Shown: positions 11,221-21,196, numbered from the stretch's first letter. The stretch: 42,085 nucleotides of DNA from Candidatus Methanoplasma reticulitermitis (GCA_031287135.1 JAITTK010000083.1:1-42085); one strand, 5' to 3'. Program-made: numbers and translations. The notes: generated by a model from the sequence alone, not told the origin.

Positions 11221-11307
11221 ATGAAAGGATGGCTTGTCATCGGAGCTTGTGTACTCGGTATAGTGGCGTTCATAGCACTTATATGGGCAATAGGCACGTT
11301 TTTCTGA
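11221..11307 (+). CDS. Putative 28-aa single-pass membrane peptide
   Basis: MKGWLVIGACVLGIVAFIALIWAIGTFF*, with AAGGAGA Shine-Dalgarno just upstream. Below the ORF-track size cutoff. Confidence 0.55.
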   Translation: MKGWLVIGACVLGIVAFIALIWAIGTFF

Positions 11308-11360
11308 AAATCAAATATTTTCAAATATAAATCATTTTCATGATCAATCATCCTGATATG
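11299..11360. other. AT-rich candidate DNA unwinding element
   Basis: TTTTTCTGAAAATCAAATATTTTCAAATATAAATCATTTTCA... directly abuts the right ORB. Confidence 0.45.
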
Positions 11361-11390
11361 TTTCCACTGGAAATAAAGGGGTGGGGGCGT
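11361..11390 (+). promoter_or_regulatory. Origin recognition box (ORB), right copy
   Basis: TTTCCACTGGAAATAAAGGGGTGGGGGCGT in the intergenic region upstream of cdc6; matches the archaeal ORB pattern. Confidence 0.88.
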
Positions 11391-11456
11391 ATTATCGGAT
11401 TACGGCCATAATTGTAATTTTTACGTATTGAATATGACCGATCGGAATAACCGCTC

Positions 11457-11750
11457 ATGAAAATCATGGATAGATACTCGTTGTTGTGCATAGCGGCTTC
11501 GATGATCATTTTGACCGTGCTGCTTACGGAGGATGAGACTGTGAATAAAGAACGCATAGGTATCATCCACGGCATCGAAGAAACACAGAACGGTTATACA
11601 TTCACATTTGAAGATTCCGACGGTGAAGATATGAGATGTTTCAGCAGGAATGAGCCAGATGACAATGGGATCCATAAAATCATCGGAACCATGTCCGAAG
11701 ATGGCAGTATTTTCTTTGTGAGTTCGATGGTCTTATTGTCATCAGAATGA
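11457..11750 (+). CDS. Hypothetical membrane-anchored protein, possibly OB-fold-like
   Basis: 97 aa with an N-terminal hydrophobic helix followed by a beta-rich domain. Confidence 0.6.
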   Translation: MKIMDRYSLLCIAASMIILTVLLTEDETVNKERIGIIHGIEETQNGYTFTFEDSDGEDMRCFSRNEPDDNGIHKIIGTMSEDGSIFFVSSMVLLSSE

Positions 11751-11779
11751 ATTATATCATAAGTAAAGAATGACCGGAC

Positions 11780-13102
11780 ATGTATGTGGCAGTGGATGAC
11801 ACCGATTCCGTCAGCGGCAACTGCACAACATTCCTCGCAACGGAAATAATATCCGAATTCCGCGATGAACTGGATTTGATAGGATATCCTAGATTGGTCA
11901 GGCTAAATCCCGCGACTCCGTGGAAAACAAGGGGGAACGGATCCCTCGTGATGAGGTTCGGCAAAGGGATAGGCAAGAAGGTATGCATAGGTAATGTGGA
12001 CGACAGGGACATATTCTGTTTCGAGAGAATGGGTACATTTGAACCCGACGAAAATACGGTCATCAGCAGAATAGTCCCTCTGATAGAGAAGAACAGTGAG
12101 CCCGATGCGAATCCCGGATTGGTTGTCAGCAGGAAAAGACCTTCCCAATCGATGTATTGGAGAGGAGTACGGACGATATTGGATAAAAAAGCGGCCGAGG
12201 ATGAGATTGAAAGGATCGGTGCTTTCAAGTATGAAATCGGGAACGGCCGCGGTATAATAGGCGCGGCATGCGGTATGGCCTGGAGGCCTAGGGACAGTAC
12301 GTTGGAACTCCTGACATACAGGCCGACCGGGAGATGGGGGACCGAACGGATATTCGAACCCCTTTCCATAAGGGATATGGATACGGCACTGCCTTCGACA
12401 TTCAACAGCTGGGAGGAGAGGACGCAGAAGGTGACGATGATTCCGTCGACACCGTGCCCGATAATGTATGGCCTCAGGGGCGACAGTCTCCGGGATCTCA
12501 TAAAAGGAAAAGACATCATAAGAACGGAACCAATAGGCCGCTGGATGATATTCCTGACAAACCAGGGCACAGACGATCATATAATGAATAATCCGAAACA
12601 GCTGATACCGAACCAATCATATTACGTGGAAGGCAGGGTCGTGGCCGGCGAGCATGTAACAGGCGGACATGTGTTCACGGAAATAACGACAAAATACGGA
12701 TCGATCACAGTCGGGGCGTATGAGCCGTCAAAAGAATTCCGTTATCTTTTTGATAATTTGTCGGAGGGAGATACGATAGGTGTGATGGGTGAGCTCAGAG
12801 AGGAACCCAGGACACTTAACGCCGAGAAAGTCAAAGTGATAGATGTTGCGGATGCTTATGAGAAAATATCGAATCCGGTCTGCCCCGGGTGCGGCAGGAC
12901 CATGGAGTCTGTGGGCAGAGACAAGGGATACAGATGCAGGAGATGCCATACTTCTTCCCCGGAACCTCGGTTGTTAAGGTCCGTGAGATGGGTCAGGGAG
13001 GGGTGGTACGAACCGCCCGCGGCGGCACGGAGGCATCTGTCGAAACCCCTCAAGAGGATGGGGTTGGAACAACCTGTTGATTTCGTCAATAGACGTATAT
13101 GA
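11780..13102 (+). CDS. tiaS: tRNA(Ile2) agmatinylcytidine synthetase
   Basis: DDTD..GNCTT, PRLVRLNP..PWKTRGN, TNQGTDDH, OB domain, zinc ribbon CPGC..CRRC, RRHLSKPL. Confidence 0.95.
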   Translation: MYVAVDDTDSVSGNCTTFLATEIISEFRDELDLIGYPRLVRLNPATPWKTRGNGSLVMRFGKGIGKKVCIGNVDDRDIFCFERMGTFEPDENTVISRIVPLIEKNSEPDANPGLVVSRKRPSQSMYWRGVRTILDKKAAEDEIERIGAFKYEIGNGRGIIGAACGMAWRPRDSTLELLTYRPTGRWGTERIFEPLSIRDMDTALPSTFNSWEERTQKVTMIPSTPCPIMYGLRGDSLRDLIKGKDIIRTEPIGRWMIFLTNQGTDDHIMNNPKQLIPNQSYYVEGRVVAGEHVTGGHVFTEITTKYGSITVGAYEPSKEFRYLFDNLSEGDTIGVMGELREEPRTLNAEKVKVIDVADAYEKISNPVCPGCGRTMESVGRDKGYRCRRCHTSSPEPRLLRSVRWVREGWYEPPAAARRHLSKPLKRMGLEQPVDFVNRRI

Positions 13103-13159
13103 ATACCGACACCAATAAATACTGAAGTCCCCACTTATGCCCGTTAAACCGGATGAGGT

Positions 13160-14344
13160 ATGCATATGGAAGAAATTGTTATAATCGGCGCGGCGAGGAC
13201 TGCGATAGGGAAATACGGTAAAGCGCTCAGCGGCATCAAGGTGACGGAACTCGGCGCCACCGCGATAGGAGAGGCTGTGAAACGTGCGGGACTCGCCCCG
13301 ACGGACATAGAGGAATGTATAATGGGGAATGTGATCTCGACAGGTCTCGGACAGAATCCAGCCAGACAGTCCGCCGTCGGAGCCGGACTCCCGGTCGAGA
13401 TCGGTTCGTATACCGTGAACGCCGTCTGCGGCTCCGGACTGAAATCAGTCATGAATGCCGCGGACGCCATAAAGGCCGGGGAGTACAACGTCATTGCCAC
13501 GGGCGGCATGGAGAGCATGAGCAACATCCCCTACTATGTGGACGGTGCCAGATGGGGATTCAAGATGAATGACCAGATCATGACGGATACGATGGTCCAT
13601 GACGGTTTATGGGATATCTTCAACAATCAGCACATGGGTTTCACGGGAGAGATCGTCGCGGAGAGGTTCGGGGTAACGAGAGAAGATGCCGATCGGCTCT
13701 CGGCGGACAGCCACAGGAAAGCCGCGGCTGCACAGGCAGCCGGCAAGTTCAAGAAAGAAATAGTCCCGTATGTGATCAAATCGAGGAAAGGTGACACGGT
13801 ATTCGAGGTCGATGAGGGGATAAGGGCGGACACGACCCTTGAATCCCTGGCCAGTCTGAAGCCGGTGTTCAAGAAGGACGGCGTGGTGACGGCGGGGAAC
13901 TCATCACAGCTCAGCGACGGGGCATCGGCCGTGATCGTCTCGTCAAGGTCATGGGCCGAAGAACGCGGCATAAAGCCTATGGCCAGCATAATCGCATACG
14001 GCGAGAGAGGGGTTGCACCGGAGTTGATCATGGAAGCCCCCATACCGGCGACCGAGCATGTTCTCAAGAAAGCGGGGATGACCATTGACGACATAGATCT
14101 CTTTGAGCACAACGAAGCATTCGCAACGGCATCATGTGCGGTCAAGAAAGCACTCAATGTACCGGATGAGAAATTCAACGTCAACGGAGGGGCGGTCGCT
14201 CTCGGGCATCCCATAGGCTGTTCCGGTTCGCGTGTCCTGACAACACTGATACATGCTCTTCAGGACCGCAACAAAGAGACGGGTCTGTGCACACTGTGCC
14301 TCGGCGGAGGGAACGCAGTGACTATGATTGTCCGCAAAGGATGA
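13160..14344 (+). CDS. Acetyl-CoA C-acetyltransferase (thiolase)
   Basis: NAVCGSG, NEAF, GHPIG, CLGGG motifs. Start may be 13166. Confidence 0.95.
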   Translation: MHMEEIVIIGAARTAIGKYGKALSGIKVTELGATAIGEAVKRAGLAPTDIEECIMGNVISTGLGQNPARQSAVGAGLPVEIGSYTVNAVCGSGLKSVMNAADAIKAGEYNVIATGGMESMSNIPYYVDGARWGFKMNDQIMTDTMVHDGLWDIFNNQHMGFTGEIVAERFGVTREDADRLSADSHRKAAAAQAAGKFKKEIVPYVIKSRKGDTVFEVDEGIRADTTLESLASLKPVFKKDGVVTAGNSSQLSDGASAVIVSSRSWAEERGIKPMASIIAYGERGVAPELIMEAPIPATEHVLKKAGMTIDDIDLFEHNEAFATASCAVKKALNVPDEKFNVNGGAVALGHPIGCSGSRVLTTLIHALQDRNKETGLCTLCLGGGNAVTMIVRKG

Positions 14345-14445
14345 ACGATCGTTCTTTCAAAATACGTTAACAAACCCTTTCCTTTTCCGATACCGACAGC
14401 AAACATATTATGAATCCCCGATGATTCGTATCACGGAGGGAGATA

Positions 14446-15666
14446 ATGGAACTGAAGAACATCCTTGACAGCATCGAAGAATCCAGAGATGACATGGTGA
14501 AGATAATGTCGGAGATGATACGCATTCCGGCACTCGCTCCGATAAACGGCGGCACAGGGGAAACCAAACGGGCGGAGATGCTCGAAAGATATCTCGAGGG
14601 ATATGACAGTGTGATGAGGATCGACGTCCGGGATGACCACGATCCGGGCGTTATGAGGCCGAACATCCTCGCCAAAAAAGACGGGAAGGAGAAAGGTACG
14701 GTTTGGATCGTAGCTCACACGGACACCGTGCCCGCCGGGGACCTGAAGGACTGGGACACCAATCCTTTCGAGCCTGTCGTCAGGGACGGGAAGATATACG
14801 GACGCGGCACAGAGGACAACGGCCAGGCTATAATATCATCGATGTTCGCCTCCAAGTTCATCCCCAAGGAGATGCTCTCAAAGAGGTCTATAGGCATAGC
14901 GTATGTCGCGGACGAAGAAACCACAAGCAAGATGGGGATAGAGTATCTAATCAGAAAAGGTCATTTTTCGGAGGATGATGTGTTTATAGTTCCGGATTGG
15001 GGTACCCCCGAGGGCGACCTCATCGATATAGCGGAGAAGAATCTGATATGGTTGCAGTTCAATGTGGCCGGGAAGTCAACCCACGGATCAACTCCCGAGA
15101 AGGGGATAAATGCGTTCAAGGTCGGGACAGAATTCCTGACGGATCTGATCGCAGAGTTCGGTAAGGAGTTCCCGAAGGCCGATGAGATGTTCTGTCCCGG
15201 CATATCCACATTTGAGCCGACCAAGTGTGCCGGCACGGTCATGAATGTTAACACGATACCCGGGAACTTCGAATTCTCAATGGATATAAGGGTGCTCCCG
15301 GAATATCGTCTGGATGATGTGGCGGCAGTCGCTGAGCGCATCGCAAAAAAGCATGAAGAGAAGACAGGTGCCAGGATACGTATGCGCGAGTTGCAGAGAC
15401 ATGATTCCGGCAAGATCTCGTCGACCGAGGGCGCAGTCTTCGATGCTCTGATGGATTCCATAGAATCGGTAACCGGGGTAAGACCGAAACCCGTGGGGGT
15501 CGGAGGGGCTACATGCGCGAACTTCTTCAGGAAAGAGGGCTATGATGCATATGTGTGGGAGTGTGGAGGGGGAACGCTCCACGGTCCGAACGAGTATGTC
15601 GTCATCGACAACATGGTAACGGATGCTAAGGTATTTGCATCGTTGTTCTATAAATTGTGCGTGTGA
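14446..15666 (+). CDS. M20 family metallohydrolase (DapE/ArgE-like)
   Basis: AHTDTV, GRGTEDNG, ADEE, HGSTP, HGPNE. GGAGG Shine-Dalgarno. Confidence 0.9.
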   Translation: MELKNILDSIEESRDDMVKIMSEMIRIPALAPINGGTGETKRAEMLERYLEGYDSVMRIDVRDDHDPGVMRPNILAKKDGKEKGTVWIVAHTDTVPAGDLKDWDTNPFEPVVRDGKIYGRGTEDNGQAIISSMFASKFIPKEMLSKRSIGIAYVADEETTSKMGIEYLIRKGHFSEDDVFIVPDWGTPEGDLIDIAEKNLIWLQFNVAGKSTHGSTPEKGINAFKVGTEFLTDLIAEFGKEFPKADEMFCPGISTFEPTKCAGTVMNVNTIPGNFEFSMDIRVLPEYRLDDVAAVAERIAKKHEEKTGARIRMRELQRHDSGKISSTEGAVFDALMDSIESVTGVRPKPVGVGGATCANFFRKEGYDAYVWECGGGTLHGPNEYVVIDNMVTDAKVFASLFYKLCV

Positions 15667-15677
15667 CGGAATACGGG

Positions 15678-16784
15678 TCACTCTTCGAAAAGGCGGTCGA
15701 GCATCCAGTCCGAATCGAAAACCTGCAGATCATCATAGCCTTGGCCGTCTGATACGAATGCTATGGGTTTCCCGATGGTATGTGCTATCGAGAGAGCGGC
15801 ACCGCCCTTTGCGTCTGTATCTATCTTCGTGAGAACTATCGCATCTATCCCGATCGCGGCGTCAAATACCTTCGCCTGCTCTATGGCATCGTTCCCCGCA
15901 AGGGCATCCCCAACGAAGACCTTCAGTGCGGGCTTTGATATTCTGGCTATCTTCTTCATCTCGTCAATGAGATTGTTGTTGGTCTGCATTCTGCCGGCCG
16001 TGTCAAGAAGGACCACATCTTTCCTTTTGGATTTGGCATGCTCTATGGCATCGAATGCCACCGCGGACGGATCCGCGTCCTGGCCCTGTTTCACTATTTT
16101 AACTCCGAGCCTTTCGGCATGGATGCTGAGCTGCTCGATTGCCCCGGCCCTGAATGTGTCGCATGCCGCTATGACAACACTCTTCTCTTTGTCCGAGAGC
16201 CTCTTGGCTATCTTGGCTATGGTTGTCGTCTTACCCGTCCCGTTGATACCGACGAACATTATCACGACAGGCTTCGGCTGTTCTTCCAACCATTCGTCGA
16301 AGTCGAAAACGTTGACTTTCAGGACATCTCTGACCGCTTCTTTCACGGCTGTCTCGACGACCTCTTCCAAAGTGTACTGTCTCCCGTATTTTTTGTTGAT
16401 CAGGTTATCCCTGACACCCAGGATTATATCCTGGACCACGGGATAAGCGACATCGGATTCCAAAAGGATGACTTCGAGTTCATCCAGCAGATCGTCGAGG
16501 GAATCGTCTTTTATCTTCTTCCCCGAATCACCGACCATTCTTTCCATGGGAGAGTCCTTCTCCCGAGGTTCTGATTTTTTCTTCTTGCCGAGTTTCAGTT
16601 GTTCTTTTCTCGAGATCGGCTTCTCCTCTTCGATCGGAATTTCTTCCTTTGCCTCGGGCACATCCCCTTCCGGCTCCGGAAGGTCCACGCTCTTGTCGCC
16701 CCCCTCATAAACCTTTTCGGGATCCAGCTTAGAGGATGACTTGCCGAGAACATTTTTGAGTTTGGATTTCAAAGAGTCGAACAT
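15678..16784 (-). CDS. ftsY: SRP receptor FtsY
   Basis: GINGTGKTT, DTFRAGA, DTAGR, TKID, AKGG. Confidence 0.97.
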   Translation of the reverse strand: MFDSLKSKLKNVLGKSSSKLDPEKVYEGGDKSVDLPEPEGDVPEAKEEIPIEEEKPISRKEQLKLGKKKKSEPREKDSPMERMVGDSGKKIKDDSLDDLLDELEVILLESDVAYPVVQDIILGVRDNLINKKYGRQYTLEEVVETAVKEAVRDVLKVNVFDFDEWLEEQPKPVVIMFVGINGTGKTTTIAKIAKRLSDKEKSVVIAACDTFRAGAIEQLSIHAERLGVKIVKQGQDADPSAVAFDAIEHAKSKRKDVVLLDTAGRMQTNNNLIDEMKKIARISKPALKVFVGDALAGNDAIEQAKVFDAAIGIDAIVLTKIDTDAKGGAALSIAHTIGKPIAFVSDGQGYDDLQVFDSDWMLDRLFEE

Positions 16785-16793
16785 AACAAGGCG

Positions 16794-17222
16794 TCACTGT
16801 TCTTCTAACAACTGTCTGTTTCTATACTCGTTCTGGATGGCCATCGTCAGATCGGTGGTGATCTTCTCCATCTCGCCGAGGGTCTTCATCGCGGTTCTGA
16901 GGGTCTCGGAGATCTCATTGCCATTGGTCTCCATGAATGCTATCGCCTCATCGAGGTCCTTCTCGGCGGATAATCTGCTCCCTATCCCGACTATCGCCTT
17001 CTTCTTGCCGGTCACTTTTGCCGGTATGAACGACGATGCCCCCACGGGGATCAGTATCTCGTCGCCCTCCTCCGCACCGGATAATGCTTTGAATGATTCA
17101 CGAGCCCTGACGGTGTCTTCCAGGGAAATCTGGAGCAATCGGACCTGTCTGCTCAGAGCCTCCAGTTGGGCATTGTAGGTCTCAAGGGCCGCCATCGCCT
17201 GACGAAGCTCGTCATCTTCCAT
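16794..17222 (-). CDS. pfdA: Prefoldin subunit alpha
   Basis: Coiled coil, ILIPVGASSF and IVGIGS hairpins, second coiled coil; conserved position between rplX and ftsY. Confidence 0.92.
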   Translation of the reverse strand: MEDDELRQAMAALETYNAQLEALSRQVRLLQISLEDTVRARESFKALSGAEEGDEILIPVGASSFIPAKVTGKKKAIVGIGSRLSAEKDLDEAIAFMETNGNEISETLRTAMKTLGEMEKITTDLTMAIQNEYRNRQLLEEQ

Positions 17223-17225
17223 TTC

Positions 17226-17450
17226 TCATGCCCCGACTTCGTATTTTACGACGTGGTCCGTTATCTGATCGGGAGAGAGCTCTGTCACCTCTGTTATGTC
17301 GATCTCCCGTCTCTTGAGTCTGTGTTTGCTGCCGAGAGTCGACAGTACCCGCTCTCTGACCGCTTCCTCAGTCTCTGCGGAGACCTCTATGGAGAAAGGC
17401 TGTCTCTTCCTCGGGTCAGCGTATGAACCTACCACACGGAATGCTTTCAT
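17226..17450 (-). CDS. rplX: 50S ribosomal protein LX (L18Ae)
   Basis: MKAFRVVG...STLGSKHRLKRREI. ATG at 17450. Confidence 0.92.
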   Translation of the reverse strand: MKAFRVVGSYADPRKRQPFSIEVSAETEEAVRERVLSTLGSKHRLKRREIDITEVTELSPDQITDHVVKYEVGA

Positions 17451-17594
17451 GATGTTCGGGAGTTGTATTAAATTAATAAAGCTTTGGTAGGGCATCCGTG
17501 TGACAGCGGCATAGTACTATGTCATCATATGCCACATACCTGTTCATACACAGATGGCGCCCGGATGCGGCGTCCGTAGCTCCGATATCCGGCA

Positions 17595-19439
17595 TCATGT
17601 AGCCATCTCGAACTGGCTGTTGTATAATTCAGAATAAAATCCTCCTTGTGCCAGCAATTCCGAGTGGGTGCCGCTTTCGATGATGTCGCCGTCTTTCAGA
17701 ACCAGGATCATGTTTGCGTTCTTGATCGTTGACAGTCTGTGTGCGATGATGAAGGACGTTCTGTTCTTCGTCAGAGAATCCATCGCCTCCTGCACTATGC
17801 GTTCGGTGCGCGTGTCCACGGAACTGGTCGCCTCATCCAGTATGAGCAACGGGGAATCTTTTATGATGGCGCGTGCGATGGTCAGAAGCTGTTTCTGCCC
17901 TTCGGAGAGGTTCGCCGTGTCATTGAGTACGGTGTCATAGCCGTCCGGCAGAGTCTGTATGAAGTGGTGGAGCCCCACCGTTTTGCAGGCGGCGACAACC
18001 TCTTCGTCCGAGACGTCACGTCGCGAATAGATTATGTTCTCCTTTATGGTGCCCTCGAATAACCATGTGTCCTGCAGCACCATGCAGAATTGATCGTGCA
18101 CATCCTCGCGACGGACCTCATTCGTGGGTATGCCGTCAAGCAGTATCTCCCCGCCGTCGATCTCGTAGAACCTCATGAGCAGGTTGACAAGCGTAGTCTT
18201 GCCTGCTCCGGTGGGGCCAACGATCGCAACCTTGTCCCCGGCCTTTACCTTCAACGAGAAATCGCGGATGACGGTCTTGTCCGGAGTATATCCGAATCTG
18301 ACGTTCCTGAATTCCACATCGCCTTTCACGCCCGTGAGGCGTTTCATCTTCCCGCCTTCATCCTCCAGTTCTTCCTCTGTCAGGAATTCGAATACGCGTT
18401 CGCTCGCGGCGGCAGTCCTCTGGAGACTCGTCGCGGCCTGTGCCAGCTGAGATAGAGGCGATGTGAACAGCCGTACATAAAGCATGAATGCGACGATGAC
18501 TCCGAACGATATAGTACCGTTCATCGTCAGCACGGCACCGACGATGCACACAGCCACATATCCGAAGTTGCCCACGAATGACATCAGCGGCCACATCAAA
18601 CCGGAAAAGAATTGTGATTTCCATCCGCTCCTGTACAGTCTGTCGTTTATCTCCTCGAATTTATCCCTGAATGCTCCGCCGCCGTTGTATGCCTTTATGA
18701 TGTTGTGCCCGGTGTATGCCTCTTCAACGTGGCCGTTCATATCGCCGAGTTCGTTCTGCTGTGCGACAAAATGTTTCTGAGAACCTTTTATGATGGCCGC
18801 CATCAGCACAAACCCCAGAATGCTGGACCCAACCGCGGTCAGCGTCATCATCCAGTCCGTGATGAGCATCATCACCACGGAGCCGATAAGCATCGCAACG
18901 GCCGTCACAAGTGTGGAGACACTCTGGTTCAGCGTCTGTCCGATCGTGTCGACATCGTTCGTCATACGGCTGAGGACATCGCCGTAACTGGTTTTTTTGA
19001 AATAGCTGAACGGCAGACGGTTGATCTTGTGCGACATATCCGTTCTCATCTGTTTGGATATCTTCTGCGTGACGGTCGCCATGATCCAGTTCTGCAGGAA
19101 TGTAAGCACGGCGGCACCCGCGTAGAAACCGATAAGCACCAGGCCGATCATCGTCACCGCATGCATATCTATGGCATCTATGACGGGAATGCCGTCAACG
19201 AGTCTCGGTATGCCGTTCGTTATCTCGTCCGTCAGATCCTTCAGTTTGTCCGGGCCGATCACCTGCAGCACCGTTCCGATTACCGCCATCGCCAGTGCAA
19301 TGACCACGGTCGGAATGTAAGGTCTGCAGTATCTGATCAGATTCGTCCAGGTCTTCTTGAATTCTTTAGGCTTATCGTCAGTGATCGCGGAGCCCCCGTT
19401 GTAAAACGGACCTTTGCCCGGTGTCGGTTTCACGCTCAT
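17595..19439 (-). CDS. ABC exporter half-transporter (TMD plus NBD), subunit 2
   Basis: GPTGAGKTT, LSEGQKQ, ILDEATS, IAHRLST. ATG at 19439 overlaps the upstream stop (ATGA). Confidence 0.93.
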   Translation of the reverse strand: MSVKPTPGKGPFYNGGSAITDDKPKEFKKTWTNLIRYCRPYIPTVVIALAMAVIGTVLQVIGPDKLKDLTDEITNGIPRLVDGIPVIDAIDMHAVTMIGLVLIGFYAGAAVLTFLQNWIMATVTQKISKQMRTDMSHKINRLPFSYFKKTSYGDVLSRMTNDVDTIGQTLNQSVSTLVTAVAMLIGSVVMMLITDWMMTLTAVGSSILGFVLMAAIIKGSQKHFVAQQNELGDMNGHVEEAYTGHNIIKAYNGGGAFRDKFEEINDRLYRSGWKSQFFSGLMWPLMSFVGNFGYVAVCIVGAVLTMNGTISFGVIVAFMLYVRLFTSPLSQLAQAATSLQRTAAASERVFEFLTEEELEDEGGKMKRLTGVKGDVEFRNVRFGYTPDKTVIRDFSLKVKAGDKVAIVGPTGAGKTTLVNLLMRFYEIDGGEILLDGIPTNEVRREDVHDQFCMVLQDTWLFEGTIKENIIYSRRDVSDEEVVAACKTVGLHHFIQTLPDGYDTVLNDTANLSEGQKQLLTIARAIIKDSPLLILDEATSSVDTRTERIVQEAMDSLTKNRTSFIIAHRLSTIKNANMILVLKDGDIIESGTHSELLAQGGFYSELYNSQFEMAT

Positions 19440-21196
19440 ATCGCCAACTCCTCCTCGCTCAATTGCGACATGGCGATCTCCCGGTACACTTCGCATGTCC
19501 CGAGGAGCTCCCTGTGTGTTCCGGTGCCCGCAATCCTTCCTTCGTCAAGCACTATGATCTTATCCGCATCCATTATGGTACCGATACGCTGAGCCACGAT
19601 AACGTTCGTGATGCCGCCGGTCTCTTTTTTCAGGGCGTTTCGGAGGGCGCGGTCCGTTTTATAGTCGAGCGCGGAAAAACTATCATCGAAAATATAGACC
19701 TCCGGGGATCTGCACACGGCCCGCGCTATCGAGATGCGCTGTTTCTGACCGCCGGAGAGGTTGGTGCCTCCGCGTGCGATCTCCGCTTCATATGAACCAT
19801 CCATCCCCCCGACGAAATCTGCTCCCTGAGCGATATTAACGGCTTTCATGATATCGGCTTCCGTCGCCTTTTCTCTCCCGTTATCACCGAACGCCACGTT
19901 CGATGATACCGTTCCGCTGAACAGGACGCTCTTCTGCGGGATGTATCCGATCCTGTCGTACAACGATTTCAATCTGTATTCGCGGACGTCCACCCCGTCC
20001 AACAGAACGGACCCCTCGTTAACGTCATAGAATCTGGGTATGAGGTTTATGAGTGTGCTCTTCCCGCTACCCACCGAACCTATGAATGCTACGGTCTCGC
20101 CCTGCTTGGCAGAGAAACTTATGTCTTTCAGAACATAATCCGCCGCCCCGGGGTACTTGAAACTCACGTTCCTGAATTCGATCTCCCCTTTCAGTGAATT
20201 CCCGGGATCCGTTATGGTACCGTCCTTAATCGATGATTCCGTATTGATGACTTCGTTGATACGTTTCGCAGACACCTGTGCACGCGGCATGAAGATGAAA
20301 AGCATCAGGATCATTATCACCGCCATCATAACCAGCATCGAATAGGATGAGAACACGATCATGTTCGAGAACAGCGGCAGCGCATCGGCCGCCCCGGCGT
20401 TGCTGATGAGCATCGCACCGATCCAGTATATCGAAAGGATAAGCATGTTCATTATAAGGCTCACGAACGGCAACATCACGGCCATGGCACGCGTTGTGTA
20501 GAGCTGGGTGCCCATAAGGTCGTCATTCGCCTTCTCGAATTTGGATTCCTGGTAGCTCTCCGCGTTATATGCGCGTATGACGGGAAGCCCAGTGAGGTTC
20601 TCTCTCGTCGCCTTGTTGATGTTGTCCGTGAGGATCTGCATCTTCTTGAACTTCGGAACGACCTTGGCCACTATGATCGCGAACATCAGGGCGATGACAA
20701 TCATCGCGACAACCGTCGCGAGTGTCCATTCGAAACCTTTGTCCGAAATCTTGATGATCGCCCATACCGCAAGTATCGGTGCATAGATGATGAGCTGCAA
20801 TCCTATGGTGATCACCAGCTGCACCTGTGTCACGTCATTTGTCGAACGGGTGACCAAGCTTGCTATGGAAAATTTATTGATCTCTCCCATTGAAAAAGAG
20901 TCGACCTTGTTGAACATCAGACTCCTGATCCTTTGAGAGAAAGATGCGCCCACACGGGATGAGAGGAGTCCTATCGCCACAGCGGCCGTGAGGCTTCCGA
21001 ATGCGCACAGCAGCATGTATCCTCCGTTGATCCACACATCGCCGATCAGACTTCCCTCGGTTTCGACGAGCGTTGTTATTATTGCCATGTATTCAGGCAG
21101 TTTGAGGTTAAGCCATACCTGGACCACCGTGAAGACGACGATCACCCCGATCATCGCCCACTCTTTCCGCCTCAGATATTTCAGAATATTGTCCAT
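19436..21196 (-). CDS. ABC exporter half-transporter (TMD plus degenerate NBD), subunit 1
   Basis: GSVGSGKS, LSGGQKQR, degenerate Walker B FDDSFSALD and Q switch VAQR, typical of heterodimeric multidrug-type exporters. ATG at 21196. Confidence 0.93.
   Translation of the reverse strand: MDNILKYLRRKEWAMIGVIVVFTVVQVWLNLKLPEYMAIITTLVETEGSLIGDVWINGGYMLLCAFGSLTAAVAIGLLSSRVGASFSQRIRSLMFNKVDSFSMGEINKFSIASLVTRSTNDVTQVQLVITIGLQLIIYAPILAVWAIIKISDKGFEWTLATVVAMIVIALMFAIIVAKVVPKFKKMQILTDNINKATRENLTGLPVIRAYNAESYQESKFEKANDDLMGTQLYTTRAMAVMLPFVSLIMNMLILSIYWIGAMLISNAGAADALPLFSNMIVFSSYSMLVMMAVIMILMLFIFMPRAQVSAKRINEVINTESSIKDGTITDPGNSLKGEIEFRNVSFKYPGAADYVLKDISFSAKQGETVAFIGSVGSGKSTLINLIPRFYDVNEGSVLLDGVDVREYRLKSLYDRIGYIPQKSVLFSGTVSSNVAFGDNGREKATEADIMKAVNIAQGADFVGGMDGSYEAEIARGGTNLSGGQKQRISIARAVCRSPEVYIFDDSFSALDYKTDRALRNALKKETGGITNVIVAQRIGTIMDADKIIVLDEGRIAGTGTHRELLGTCEVYREIAMSQLSEEELAI

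Noticed and set aside
9780-11390. Transposon or invertible cassette with 30-bp terminal inverted repeats and a low-GC interior
   Set aside because: The repeat matches the ORB pattern, the enclosed gene is a canonical Orc1/Cdc6, and no transposase, recombinase or target-site duplication is visible.
8915-17480. Shared ATTAAATTAATAA at about 8916 and 17467
   Set aside because: Low-complexity AT sequence in promoter regions; explained as TATA-like elements.
17510-17521. Perfect 12-bp palindrome CATAGTACTATG upstream of rplX
   Set aside because: A single short palindrome is expected by chance in 42 kb and has no supporting context.
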